Below, one piece after another: positions 47,340 through 57,004 of a stretch of DNA of 64,000 nucleotides (positions are counted from its first letter, which is position 1; every line of letters begins with the position of its first letter). This DNA is from Thermoplasmatota archaeon. Its GTDB lineage: Archaea; Thermoplasmatota; JAKEGO01. The notes beneath the pieces are model-generated. The model was given only the letters and a program-made list of their open reading frames with translations. It was not told where the DNA came from and did no database searches. Location of the stretch: assembly GCA_028279595.1 (NCBI GenBank), contig JANQNK010000013.1:1-64000 (forward strand), given 5' to 3'. Both the position numbers and the translations under genes were made by a program.

Positions 47340-48755
47340 ATGGCAAGTGGGGGCAAGAAGAAGAAGACCAAGTTGGACATGGAGACCAGGTGGATCTGGG
47401 AGAAGGTCACGCCGAAGCAGCGGACCGAGATAATGGATTTCTCCGAGGGCTACAAGTCATTCCTCGACAGGGCGAAGACCGAGAGGCTGGCGGTCGAGAC
47501 CATCATCGAACGGGCCGAGGCGAAGGGCTTCGTTCACGTCTCCGATGTCGAGAACCCGGAGCAGGGAACCAGGTTCTACATGGTAAATCGCGACAAGTGC
47601 GTCGCGCTCATAGTCCTTGGCAAGGGATCCATCGAGGAGGGAGCGAACATCGTCGCGTCCCACATCGACGCTCCGCGCCTCGACCTCAAGGGAAAGCCCC
47701 TCTACGAGGACGGCGAGACCCAGCTCGCCCTGCTCAAGACACATTACTACGGCGGAATCAAGAAGTACCAGTGGGTATCCAGGCCGCTGGCCATTCACGG
47801 CATCGTCGTCAAGGAGAACGGCACATCGGTCGAGGTCCACATGGGCGACGAGGACGGGGATCCGGTCTTCACCATTCCTGACCTGCTCCCACACCTGTGG
47901 GGAAAGACCCAGGCCAAGAAATCGATGTCCGAGGGGATCAAGGGCGAGAACCTGAACGTCCTCGTCGGAGGGATCCCCCTGAAGAAGGAGAAGAAGGACA
48001 AGGTCAAGATGGCCATCCTGTCGATGCTCCACAAGAAGTACGGCATCCTGGAGGAGGACTTCATCTCGGCGGAGCTTGAGATAGTCCCCGCCGGCAAGGC
48101 GCTCGACGTCGGGTTCGACAGGGCCTTCGTCGGAGCCTACGGACAGGACGACCGCGCCTGCGCCTACCCTCAGATGGAGGCTACCATCGGCATCAAGAAG
48201 CCGACCAGGACCTGCATCTCGCTATTCGTCGACAAGGAGGAGATCGGTTCCGACACGAACACTGGCATCAAGTCCAGGTTCATCGAGTCGGTCTTCGGTG
48301 CAATTGCCGAACTGACCGCCGAGGACACGAACAAGATCGTCAGGAACGCTCTCGAGAACACCCGCGCGATCTCGTCCGACGTGAACGCCGGCGTGAACCC
48401 GATGTTCAAGGAAGTGCATGAACCGATGAACGCCGCCCACATCGGATGCGGCATCGTCCTGACGAAGTTCACGGGGTCCGGCGGAAAGTACAGGTCGAAC
48501 GACGCCCACGCGGAGTTCGTCGCTCTCATCAGGAAGACGTTCAACCAGAAGAAGGTCTACTGGCAGGCTGCGGAACTCGGAAAGGTCGACGAGGGCGGAG
48601 GCGGAACGATCGCCATGTTCCTCGCCATGCACAACATGGACGTCATCGACGCGGGCGTACCGCTGCTCGCGATGCATTCACCGTTCGAGATATCCAGCAA
48701 GGGCGACATCTGGTCCGCCTACAAGGCGTACGGAGCGTTCTTCGGGACGAAGTAG
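47340..48755 (+). CDS. M18 family aminopeptidase (aminopeptidase I)
   Basis: SHIDAPRLDLK, KTHYYGGIKKYQW, GQDDR, DKEEIGS, GKVDEGGGGT and MHSPFE. Confidence 0.93.
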   Translation: MASGGKKKKTKLDMETRWIWEKVTPKQRTEIMDFSEGYKSFLDRAKTERLAVETIIERAEAKGFVHVSDVENPEQGTRFYMVNRDKCVALIVLGKGSIEEGANIVASHIDAPRLDLKGKPLYEDGETQLALLKTHYYGGIKKYQWVSRPLAIHGIVVKENGTSVEVHMGDEDGDPVFTIPDLLPHLWGKTQAKKSMSEGIKGENLNVLVGGIPLKKEKKDKVKMAILSMLHKKYGILEEDFISAELEIVPAGKALDVGFDRAFVGAYGQDDRACAYPQMEATIGIKKPTRTCISLFVDKEEIGSDTNTGIKSRFIESVFGAIAELTAEDTNKIVRNALENTRAISSDVNAGVNPMFKEVHEPMNAAHIGCGIVLTKFTGSGGKYRSNDAHAEFVALIRKTFNQKKVYWQAAELGKVDEGGGGTIAMFLAMHNMDVIDAGVPLLAMHSPFEISSKGDIWSAYKAYGAFFGTK

Positions 48756-48860
48756 ATCGACGACCTTGGGAATTCCCCGCTTTCGTCCGTTCTGAAAGCT
48801 CCCGACCCACCCATAGTTACCTATGTTGTAGTGTTACGTCCTGTTCGGTCGGGCGATCGG

Positions 48861-50330
48861 TCACTCGACCTTGTCCGGCCATTCGCCTGTCTCGAGGTAC
48901 TCCTCGATCCCTGCCGCAGCAACCCTTCCGTCGCCCATTGCGAGGATGACCGTCGCGGCACCGCGGACGATGTCGCCTCCGGAGAAGACGCCCTTCTTCG
49001 AGGTCCGTCCCTTGTCGTCGACGATTATGTTGTTCCAACGATTCAGTTCAAGTCCGGGAGTGGACTTCGTCAGCAGAGGATTCGCCGATGTTCCGACGGA
49101 CACGACCACGGCGTCCACGTCGAGGGTGAACTCGCTTCCCTCGATGGGCACAGGCCTCCTCCGACCTGAGTCGTCCGGCTCGCCGAGCTCCATCTGGATG
49201 CACTCCATCGCGCGGACCCAGCCGTTCTCGTCACCCAGGTATCGGATCGGGTTCGTGAGGTTGTGGAACTCCACGCCCTCCTCCTCGGCGTGGTGGATCT
49301 CCTCGTCCCTGGCGGGCATCTCCACACGGGAGCGCCGGTACACGAGGTAGGCGTTCTCAGCGCCAAGTCTCTTGGCCGTCCTCACTGAGTCCATCGCTAC
49401 GTTGCCGCCGCCGATGACGGCGACGTTCCTTCCCCGGTAGATCGGCGTATCGTAGGTCGGGAACTCGTAACCCTTCATCAGGTTGTTCCTCGTCAGGTAC
49501 TCGTTCGCAGAGAAGATGCCGTTCAGCGACTCCCCCTCGATGTTCATGAAGCGCGGGAGTCCCGCACCCACTCCGAGGTAGACCGCGTCGAATCCCCGCT
49601 CGTCGAGCATCTCGTCGACGGTGAATATCCTGCCGATGACGTGATTGTAGTGGAACTGCACTCCCATCTGCTTGAGGTTGTCGACCTCGTAGAAGACGAG
49701 CTCCTTCGGAAGGCGGAACTCGGGGATACCGTAGATCAGCACACCTCCGGGTTTCTGCAAGGCCTCGTACACGTGGACCTCGTGACCGCTCCTGGCGAGG
49801 TCTGCGGCCACCGTCAGTCCGGAGGGTCCGGCTCCTACGATAGCCACCTTCCTCCCGGTGGGTTCGGCGGTCTCGACAGGGAGTTTCTCACTGGAATACC
49901 GCTCCAGGTCGGCCACGAAACGCTCCAGGTGGCCGATGCCGACCGACTCCCGCTTGGCCTTTACATGCGTGCACTTCCCCTCGCACTGGATCTCCTGCGG
50001 GCAGACACGTCCGGTGACCGCCGGGAGCGCGTTGTCCTCCTTTACGATCCTCAGCGCCTCGAGGAAATCGCCCTCGACGATGGCGCTCAGGAACTCCGGG
50101 ATCTTGATCCTGACGGGGCAGCCCTGGACGCATCCCGGCACAGGACATAGAAGACAGCGTTTCGCCTCCTCCTGCGCGGTCTCGATCGAGTAACCGAGGT
50201 TGACCTCCTCGAAGTTCCTCGACCTGACGATCGCGTCCTGTTCTGTCATGGCATGCCTGGACGAGGCTATGGCCGCCTTCATCTCGTCGGGCGTCAGCCT
50301 CTTTCCGGCGTACTTGTAGATATCCTCCAT
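48861..50330 (-). CDS. nfnB: NfnB/SudA (GltD-like large subunit of NADH-dependent ferredoxin:NADP+ oxidoreductase)
   Basis: RCLLC...C..GCP, GRVCPQEIQCE, GAGPSG, YGIPEFRLPK, GGGNVAMD, YRR and GGDIVRGAATVILAM. Confidence 0.9.
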   Translation of the reverse strand: MEDIYKYAGKRLTPDEMKAAIASSRHAMTEQDAIVRSRNFEEVNLGYSIETAQEEAKRCLLCPVPGCVQGCPVRIKIPEFLSAIVEGDFLEALRIVKEDNALPAVTGRVCPQEIQCEGKCTHVKAKRESVGIGHLERFVADLERYSSEKLPVETAEPTGRKVAIVGAGPSGLTVAADLARSGHEVHVYEALQKPGGVLIYGIPEFRLPKELVFYEVDNLKQMGVQFHYNHVIGRIFTVDEMLDERGFDAVYLGVGAGLPRFMNIEGESLNGIFSANEYLTRNNLMKGYEFPTYDTPIYRGRNVAVIGGGNVAMDSVRTAKRLGAENAYLVYRRSRVEMPARDEEIHHAEEEGVEFHNLTNPIRYLGDENGWVRAMECIQMELGEPDDSGRRRPVPIEGSEFTLDVDAVVVSVGTSANPLLTKSTPGLELNRWNNIIVDDKGRTSKKGVFSGGDIVRGAATVILAMGDGRVAAAGIEEYLETGEWPDKVE

Positions 50331-50332
50331 GA

Positions 50333-51175
50333 TCACACCCCCCCGCAGTGGTCTATGTCGCATTTCTTGTGCTGATAGGCGAGCGTCTGATGCGGAACGT
50401 ACTGGGCGCTCCGTTTGAAGAGCTGCTCCCAGTCCACGTCGGCACCGTCGAACTCGGGTCCATCGACGCAGGCGAACTTGGTCTCGCCCCCGACGTCGCA
50501 GCGGCACACGCCGCACATGCCCGTGGCGTCGACCATAAGTGGGTTCAGGTAGACCTTGGACGGTATGCCGAGCTCCTTGGCCATCCTCGCATTCCGCATC
50601 ATCATGAACGTGCAGCCCATGATGTAGGCCCTGTCGAAATGCCGTCCGCCGTCGACGAGGTCCTTCATGACGGTCTGGGCCTTGCCCTTCGTTCCATGGG
50701 ACCCGTCGGATGTCGCCGTGTAGATCTCGTCGGAGTCCCTTGCGAGCACCTCCTCGTTGTAGAGGAGGTACTTGGCGCGTGCCTCGATGATGGTGACCAC
50801 GGTGTTGCCTGCCTCCTTGAGAGCCTTGACGATCGGGTAGATCGCACCGACGCCGTAGCAACCGCCGCAGACGACCACTGTGCCGTAGTTGTCGATCTCC
50901 GACTCGCGGCCCAGGGGCGCCATCATGTCGATCTCGTCACCCGCGACCTTTCGCGCGAGCTTCATCGTCGAGACGCCGACCTCGAGGAAGTAGATCGTAA
51001 CAGTTCCCGCATCCTCGTCCCAGTCGGCGATGCTGAGCGGTATCCGCTCGCTCTGTTCGTCAGGGATGACGATGGCGAAATGACCCGGTTTGCACTTCTT
51101 TGCGACGTCCGGTGCATCGATGACCATCTTGTGGACGTTCGGGACCTCCTCCTCGATCGTGATGATCCTGTTCAT
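50333..51175 (-). CDS. nfnA: NfnA/SudB (small subunit, FAD/NAD-binding with [2Fe-2S])
   Basis: PGHF, ERIPLSIAD and LNPLMVDATGMCGVCR..FACVDGPEFD. Confidence 0.9.
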   Translation of the reverse strand: MNRIITIEEEVPNVHKMVIDAPDVAKKCKPGHFAIVIPDEQSERIPLSIADWDEDAGTVTIYFLEVGVSTMKLARKVAGDEIDMMAPLGRESEIDNYGTVVVCGGCYGVGAIYPIVKALKEAGNTVVTIIEARAKYLLYNEEVLARDSDEIYTATSDGSHGTKGKAQTVMKDLVDGGRHFDRAYIMGCTFMMMRNARMAKELGIPSKVYLNPLMVDATGMCGVCRCDVGGETKFACVDGPEFDGADVDWEQLFKRSAQYVPHQTLAYQHKKCDIDHCGGV

Positions 51176-53364
51176 TCGTCCCACCCCCATGAAGCGGCGA
51201 CCTCAAGGAAGTCCTCCACATCCTCCGCGATCTCGCGTCCGCGATATCTCGTGGCGGAGCAGGGCCACGGTCCGACCGGATTGACGGCGTCGTCAACCCG
51301 AACCGCTCGGTCACCCTCTGGCAGCGGCTCTCCGGGCGGGAGGTGGGTCCCGGGTTCGAGGGGCAGACCGACCGCCTCCGTGATATCGGCAACAGCCTCG
51401 AAATCGAACCCATCCAGTCCCAGCGCCCTGCCCATGTCGATGAAGACCTTCCAGTCCGGCTTTGCCATGTTCGGGAGTCGCGCGTCGCTCGTTATCGAAC
51501 CGACGCGGCCGTCGAGCGAGATCACGGTGCCCTCCGTCTCCGAGAACATCGACGACGGAAGTATGACGTCCGCCCTCTCAGAGACCTGCGAGCCGAACGG
51601 ACCCTGGTAGACGACGAACTCGACGCCCTCCGGAATCTCCGGAACTGGGTGTGTGAGGTACAGGGCCTTGATCCCCTCTCCGAGAGGGTTCCTTCCTGAC
51701 GAGTACTTGCCGGAATCCTGCTCGATGCACTGTCCGGGCGTGAGGCAGCGGGAAGCCCCGGCCTCGAGGACGCCCTGGACGTTGCCTCCGTCCCAGAGGG
51801 GCAGGAGTACCGTGCCGTTGACAGCCTCGAACAGCTCCAGTGCGAGTTTCGCAACCTGGGTCCCCTCCGCAGCGTCCCGGAAGGCACCCGGCCCGACCAG
51901 TATGGCGGTCTTGTCGGCATCCTTCAGGGCGCTGGCGATCCTCCCTGCGGCGTCGCGGTCCGGGGTATGGGGTTGCTGTCCAGGGGCCTTGACCTCCTCG
52001 AGCAGAATATCCATGAATGGACCGTACGCATCGGGTTCGATCACATCGGCATGCCTGTATCCCTTCCTGGGATCGATCTTGACATTGAACACGCTTGCGC
52101 CGTCCTTCCAGGCAGCGTGAACGTGTACCTGGGTGACGGCCGCCGTCAGGCTTAGGTCCGTGCCGACGATCAGTACGGCATCGCAGTCCCGTATGTCGGT
52201 CATCGTCCCGATGCCGGCGACGCGGTCCATCGCACCGCCCCATGCCTTCTGCATCGGGCCGGCCATGTTGGACGCTATCGCGATGTTGTCGCTTCCCAGC
52301 CCGCGCATGATTCGCTGCGCCAGGAACGCCTCCTCGACGGTCAGCGACGGGCTCACGATCATGCCGATCTCCTCGGGAGCGAACCCCTTCAGTCCCTCGA
52401 CCGCCGTCTCGAGCGCTGTCTCCCACTTCACGGGTCTCAGGACCCCATCGGTCGTCACGCGCGGATATTCCAGCCTGTCCTTCGAGTTTGTTAATGGAAC
52501 TGTGCAGTAGCGTCCCTTGAGGCAGGCCTGGGCCACGTTCTCGCCCTCCTCCGACGGCTCCGTGATCGTCATCCTGCCCCACTTGAAGCCGACGTCCATG
52601 GCGCATCCCGCCGGGCACATTACACATGTGCTCTTCCCGGTTACCTCGGGGATGCTGACCCACCTGGTCATCTTCGAGGAGATCGAGCCTGTGGGACACA
52701 CGTCCTCGCAGGCGCCGCAGAAGACGCACGAGCTGTCGACCAGCGGACCCTGGAACGCGGTGCCGATCGTGGCGTCATGGCTCCGTTCGGTGAACGCGAT
52801 GGCGGAGACACCCCTGATCTCGGCGCATACCCTGACGCACCTGCCGCAGAGTATGCAGAGGTTGTAATCCCTGTGGATGAACGGGTCCCTGCGGTACAGG
52901 GGTACGTCCTTGTACTCCGTCTCCACCCAGATGTCGTCCACCCCGAGCGCCTTCACCACGTCGAAGAGGTCGCACTCGTTCCTGTTGGGACAGAACCGGC
53001 AGCCTGTAACGCGTCCAGCCTTGGTCGGGTCCGGATGCAGGTCGAGGCACTCCTCCCTGTCGGCGCAGATGATGCACGCGCTCGGGTGCTCGGATAGTAT
53101 AAGCTGGAGGATCCTCCTCCTCAGGTCGTCCAGGTCCTCCTCGGTCGTCTCGATGACCATGTCATCCTGGACTGGGGTTGCACACGCAGGGACGAACGCC
53201 CTGAAGCCCTCCACCTTGACCAGGCAGAGGCGGCAACCGCCGAAGGCCGAGAGGTCCGGGTGGTTGCAGAGCGTCGGTATGTAGATGTCGTTCCGCCTTG
53301 CGATGTCGAGGATGGTCTCACCCTCGATGATGTCGTAATCCTTGCCGTCTATCCTCGCGGTCAT
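51172..53364 (-). CDS. NuoG/FdhA-like Fe-S subunit with a degenerate molybdopterin-fold domain (BfuA-like)
   Basis: IPTLC..CRLC..AC [2Fe-2S], HxxxCxxCxxxxxC, two CxxCxxCxxxC, and CxxCxxxC...C. No recognisable Cys/Sec metal ligand. ATGA overlaps at both ends. Confidence 0.85.
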   Translation of the reverse strand: MTARIDGKDYDIIEGETILDIARRNDIYIPTLCNHPDLSAFGGCRLCLVKVEGFRAFVPACATPVQDDMVIETTEEDLDDLRRRILQLILSEHPSACIICADREECLDLHPDPTKAGRVTGCRFCPNRNECDLFDVVKALGVDDIWVETEYKDVPLYRRDPFIHRDYNLCILCGRCVRVCAEIRGVSAIAFTERSHDATIGTAFQGPLVDSSCVFCGACEDVCPTGSISSKMTRWVSIPEVTGKSTCVMCPAGCAMDVGFKWGRMTITEPSEEGENVAQACLKGRYCTVPLTNSKDRLEYPRVTTDGVLRPVKWETALETAVEGLKGFAPEEIGMIVSPSLTVEEAFLAQRIMRGLGSDNIAIASNMAGPMQKAWGGAMDRVAGIGTMTDIRDCDAVLIVGTDLSLTAAVTQVHVHAAWKDGASVFNVKIDPRKGYRHADVIEPDAYGPFMDILLEEVKAPGQQPHTPDRDAAGRIASALKDADKTAILVGPGAFRDAAEGTQVAKLALELFEAVNGTVLLPLWDGGNVQGVLEAGASRCLTPGQCIEQDSGKYSSGRNPLGEGIKALYLTHPVPEIPEGVEFVVYQGPFGSQVSERADVILPSSMFSETEGTVISLDGRVGSITSDARLPNMAKPDWKVFIDMGRALGLDGFDFEAVADITEAVGLPLEPGTHLPPGEPLPEGDRAVRVDDAVNPVGPWPCSATRYRGREIAEDVEDFLEVAASWGWDE

Positions 53365-55235
53365 TCGACCACCTCCTTCCTTCCGGGAGAGGTCTTCTTG
53401 ACCGCGTCCTTCGGACAGATCGAATGGCACATGCCGCACTTCACGCACTGGTGCTGGTCGATGACGTGCGCTTCCTTCGGAGCGCCTGCAATGCAGCTGA
53501 CCGGGCAGTTCTTGGCGCAGAGGGTACAACCGATGCACTCGTCCGGTTCGATCGTGTATGTGACCAGTGGCTTGCACACCGCCGCCGGACATCGTCCATC
53601 AGAGATGTGCGCCTCGTACTCCTCCCTGAAGTACTTGATCGTGGAGAGGACTGGATTGGGAGCGGTCCCTCCCAGCTGACAGAGCGACCCCATCCTCACG
53701 GTGCTGCCGATCTCCTCGAGGACCTCTATGTCCCCGGGATCGCCGTTCCCGTCGCAGATCCTCTCGAGAATGTCCTTCATCTTCTTGGTGCCGATGCGGC
53801 ACGGAGGACATTTCCCGCACGACTCGTACTGTGTGAAACTAATGAAGTAGCGGGCGACGTCGACCATGCACGTCTCCTCGTCCATGACGACCATCCCGCC
53901 GGAGCCCATTATGGCCCCCGCCTGCTGGAGTGATTCGAAGTCCACGGGCAGATCGAGCATTGATTCCGGGATGCAGCCCCCGGACGGCCCCCCGGTCTGG
54001 ACGGCCTTCAGCTTCCCTCCGTCGGGGACGCCGCCGCCTATGCCTTCGACGATCTCCCTTATCGTGGTCCCCATCGGGACCTCGACGAGCCCTGGATACT
54101 TCACCTTCCCGGTGAGCGCGAAGACGGCCGTGCCCTTGGTCCCTTCCGATCCGATGGACGCGAAGTGCTCCGCGCCGAGCCTCATGATCGCGGGGACGCT
54201 GGCGAGCGACTTCACGTTGTTGATGACCGTCGGTTTTCCCCAGAGCCCTTCCTGGGCGGGATACGGAGGCCTGGGACGGGGCATTCCCCGCTTCCCCTCG
54301 ATCGAGGCCAGCAGGGCGGTCTCCTCCCCGCAGACGAACGCCCCTGCTCCCTCCTTGATGTGGATGCTGAGGCTGAAACCGCTGCCCATGATGTCCTCTC
54401 CGAGGAATCCGACCTCCTCCAGCTTCGCGATGGCGATCCTGAGCCTCTTGATCGCGAGGGGGTATTCGGCCCTCGCATAGATGTAGGCCTCGTCGGCCCC
54501 GATGGCGTAGGAGGCTGTCGTGAGTCCCTCGAGCAGTCGGTAGGGATCTCCCTCGAGGATGCTCCTGTCCATGAACGCCCCCGGGTCGCCCTCGTCGGCG
54601 TTGCACACCATGTAGCTCTTGTCGGTCCTGTTCTGCCTGCACATCTGCCATTTCCTTCCGCTAGGGAATCCGGCACCGCCGCGCCCCCTCAATCCGGACT
54701 CGAGGACGGTCTCGATGACCTCATCGGGGGTCATCGCCAGGGCCTTCTTCAGTCCCTCGAAGCCGCCCTGGGAGATGTAGTGTTCGAGCTCGACAGGGTC
54801 GATTATCCCGTTGTTCTCGGTGATTATCCTCTTCTGGGTCGCGGTGACCGGATGGTCCCAGATGCTGGGGACGTCGCCAAATGCGTCGCCTATCGAACCG
54901 AGCAGGGCCTCGGTGGGATATCTCTTGTGAGTTATGATCGAGTCAAGGAGCCCGCCCATGGTCCTGCCTTCCACCGGTCCGTAGGCCACCGGGGGATTGC
55001 CGTGGACCTGGATGGACACCAGCGGCTCGAAGCAGCATGTGCCTATGCATCCGACCTCCGAGAGCCTCAGGTCCGCACCGTTCTCGGCCATCCATCGCTC
55101 CGTCTCGCGCTTCACCTCGCCGATGCCCGCGGCGATCCCGCAGGACGCGGTCCCCAGATAGACCACCCCATCGGTCGACTGGAGGTCGTCCCAGACCTTA
55201 TCGGCCTCGGCCTTGAGCACGTCGAAATCCGTCAT
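53361..55235 (-). CDS. NuoF/HydB-like FMN/NADH-binding subunit (BfuB-like)
   Basis: N-terminal thioredoxin-like Cys domain, GLRGRGGAGF, NADEGDPGAFMDRS, FVCGEET, SCGKCPPCR, H....C....C, and a C-terminal 2x[4Fe-4S] ferredoxin. Confidence 0.92.
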   Translation of the reverse strand: MTDFDVLKAEADKVWDDLQSTDGVVYLGTASCGIAAGIGEVKRETERWMAENGADLRLSEVGCIGTCCFEPLVSIQVHGNPPVAYGPVEGRTMGGLLDSIITHKRYPTEALLGSIGDAFGDVPSIWDHPVTATQKRIITENNGIIDPVELEHYISQGGFEGLKKALAMTPDEVIETVLESGLRGRGGAGFPSGRKWQMCRQNRTDKSYMVCNADEGDPGAFMDRSILEGDPYRLLEGLTTASYAIGADEAYIYARAEYPLAIKRLRIAIAKLEEVGFLGEDIMGSGFSLSIHIKEGAGAFVCGEETALLASIEGKRGMPRPRPPYPAQEGLWGKPTVINNVKSLASVPAIMRLGAEHFASIGSEGTKGTAVFALTGKVKYPGLVEVPMGTTIREIVEGIGGGVPDGGKLKAVQTGGPSGGCIPESMLDLPVDFESLQQAGAIMGSGGMVVMDEETCMVDVARYFISFTQYESCGKCPPCRIGTKKMKDILERICDGNGDPGDIEVLEEIGSTVRMGSLCQLGGTAPNPVLSTIKYFREEYEAHISDGRCPAAVCKPLVTYTIEPDECIGCTLCAKNCPVSCIAGAPKEAHVIDQHQCVKCGMCHSICPKDAVKKTSPGRKEVVE

Positions 55236-55699
55236 TCCGACACCCCCTTCGAGACCGTCCTGTCGACGATCTCCTTGGCAGTGCCGGGAGCCATCTTCCC
55301 GTGGATCTCGTCATCGACGACGATCACCGGTGCGACAGCGCAGCATCCCATGCATGCCACCCTCTCGAGGGTGAACTTACCGTCGGGTGTGGTCCCGCCG
55401 GCCTTGACCCCGAGGTCATCCTCGATGATGTCCATTATGGCCGCGCCTCCCTTGACGTGGCACGCGGTTCCCAGACAAACCTTGACCTCGTGCTCCCCGG
55501 GCTTCGAGAACCTGAACTGTGAATAGAACGTGGCAACACCATACGCTTCGTTCCGGGAAATCCCGAGGACGTCCTCGATGGTCACGAGTGATTCTGGCGA
55601 GATGTACCCCTGTGCTTCCTGGACCGCCTGGAGAGCGGGTATTATCGCGCCCTTCCGGTCCTTGAACGATTCGATTATCTTCCTGATGTCAGTTACCAT
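55232..55699 (-). CDS. NuoE/HydC-like [2Fe-2S] subunit (BfuC-like)
   Basis: GVATFYSQF, VCLGTACHVKG and ACMGCCAVAP. Confidence 0.92.
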   Translation of the reverse strand: MVTDIRKIIESFKDRKGAIIPALQAVQEAQGYISPESLVTIEDVLGISRNEAYGVATFYSQFRFSKPGEHEVKVCLGTACHVKGGAAIMDIIEDDLGVKAGGTTPDGKFTLERVACMGCCAVAPVIVVDDEIHGKMAPGTAKEIVDRTVSKGVSE

Positions 55700-55870
55700 C
55701 CTTCAAACCCCTCCCAGCAGCTCCTCTTCGCTTGCGAGTAGAACGATTTTATAGATAAGGATTGTGGGTCTCGCACGCCCCATCCGACCGGTCATCGGCG
55801 GCTGTCACCGTCCCCTCGTTGTATCGGTAGAGCCATCGCTGTTCGTTAGCATTATGATAACAGATGCCCG

Positions 55871-57004
55871 TCAGATCTCGAACTCTTCCTGGGGCATCTC
55901 CTTCTTCTGCTCACCCGCCTCGTAGTCCTTCACGGTCTTCTCCGAGTCCTCGTCGAGCTCCTTGATCTCGAAGTCCTCGTCGTGCTGGACGTGGAGTTCC
56001 TCCACCTTGTCGTCGAAGATGACGCCCTCGGGTTCGAAATCGACGGTATCGTCGGATTCGGTCTTGAACTCCATCTCCTCGTCAGGTTCGAACTCCATCT
56101 CCTCCTCGGTCTCGAACTCCATCTCTTCCTCGGGTTCGAACTCGGTCTCCTCGTCATCAGCCTTGAACTCCATCTCCTTTTCTGGTTCGAATTCCATTTC
56201 GGCACCCTCCGGCTCGAACTCCGTATCCCCCGACTCGAAATCGACCTGGTCGGGGATGATCTCCATCTTCTCGCCCTCCTTTTCCCTCGTCTTCTTGACG
56301 ACCCTCTCAAGGGCCACCGCCGACTGCTTGTAACGAGCATCCTGCTCGGTGATCGTGTGGTGATACTCCGCGGGCCTCTTGTCCGTGGTACCCATGTATA
56401 TCGAGAAATCGAAGGCGTCCGGATCGAGGCATCCCTCGGCCACGGCCGCGACGATGAGCCCGAAGAAGAAGATAGCGATCAGGAGGAACGGTATACCGAA
56501 GGCGATCGGCGGAAAGAAGGACAATACGGTCGGGATGAGGATGGCGCCCGAGGCCAACCGGAACATATGATTGCTCTTGTCGAACTCGTTTATCGCCGTG
56601 TAACTCAATCCCATGATAGCCATTATCAGGATGATGAAGAGGAGGAGTATCAGAAGGCTCCGCGCATAGAATGGGAGGAAGTAGAAGAGGGCTAGGGGGA
56701 CGGTGATCGCGATCAATGCCCCGATCATCATCATGAAGACCGCACCTAGGAACAGGGCCGACCCCTTCCTGCTCACCTGCAGCGAGGTCTCGATGCGTCT
56801 GCCCATACCACCTATCTTGATGTACAAGGGTTCGATGCGCCTCCATATCGGATCGAGGAGCATCTCTATCTTCAACCATACGAAATTGAACCTGATTCGG
56901 ATGGGGGCGAGCTTTGCCCACACTCTCGAGAGAGCCTCCCAGATGGTCAACACGACCTTGGCGAAGAGAACGGCGGTCTTCGTCATGCCATCGGAAGCTC
57001 CCAT
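55871..57004 (-). CDS. Hypothetical 4-TM membrane protein with a long acidic repeat tail
   Basis: Four hydrophobic helices, then EFEPEEEM-type repeats. Confidence 0.7.
   Translation of the reverse strand: MGASDGMTKTAVLFAKVVLTIWEALSRVWAKLAPIRIRFNFVWLKIEMLLDPIWRRIEPLYIKIGGMGRRIETSLQVSRKGSALFLGAVFMMMIGALIAITVPLALFYFLPFYARSLLILLLFIILIMAIMGLSYTAINEFDKSNHMFRLASGAILIPTVLSFFPPIAFGIPFLLIAIFFFGLIVAAVAEGCLDPDAFDFSIYMGTTDKRPAEYHHTITEQDARYKQSAVALERVVKKTREKEGEKMEIIPDQVDFESGDTEFEPEGAEMEFEPEKEMEFKADDEETEFEPEEEMEFETEEEMEFEPDEEMEFKTESDDTVDFEPEGVIFDDKVEELHVQHDEDFEIKELDEDSEKTVKDYEAGEQKKEMPQEEFEI
56030..56245 (-). repeat. Imperfect 24-bp (8-aa) coding tandem repeat
   Basis: gaactccatctc recurs at about 24-nt spacing, encoding EFEPEEEM/EFETEEEM/EFEPDEEM. 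Confidence 0.75.

Noticed and set aside
46944-47433. ORFs overlapping 46944-47433
   Set aside because: They overlap the SRP RNA gene and show no protein motifs.
48861-50330. Glutamate synthase small subunit call
   Set aside because: It lies directly downstream of an NfnA/SudB gene with no gltB nearby, so NfnB is the better call.
51172-53364. Formate dehydrogenase alpha subunit or selenoprotein call
   Set aside because: No Cys/Sec-His catalytic motif, no in-frame UGA, and the C-terminal pterin-binding domain appears missing.
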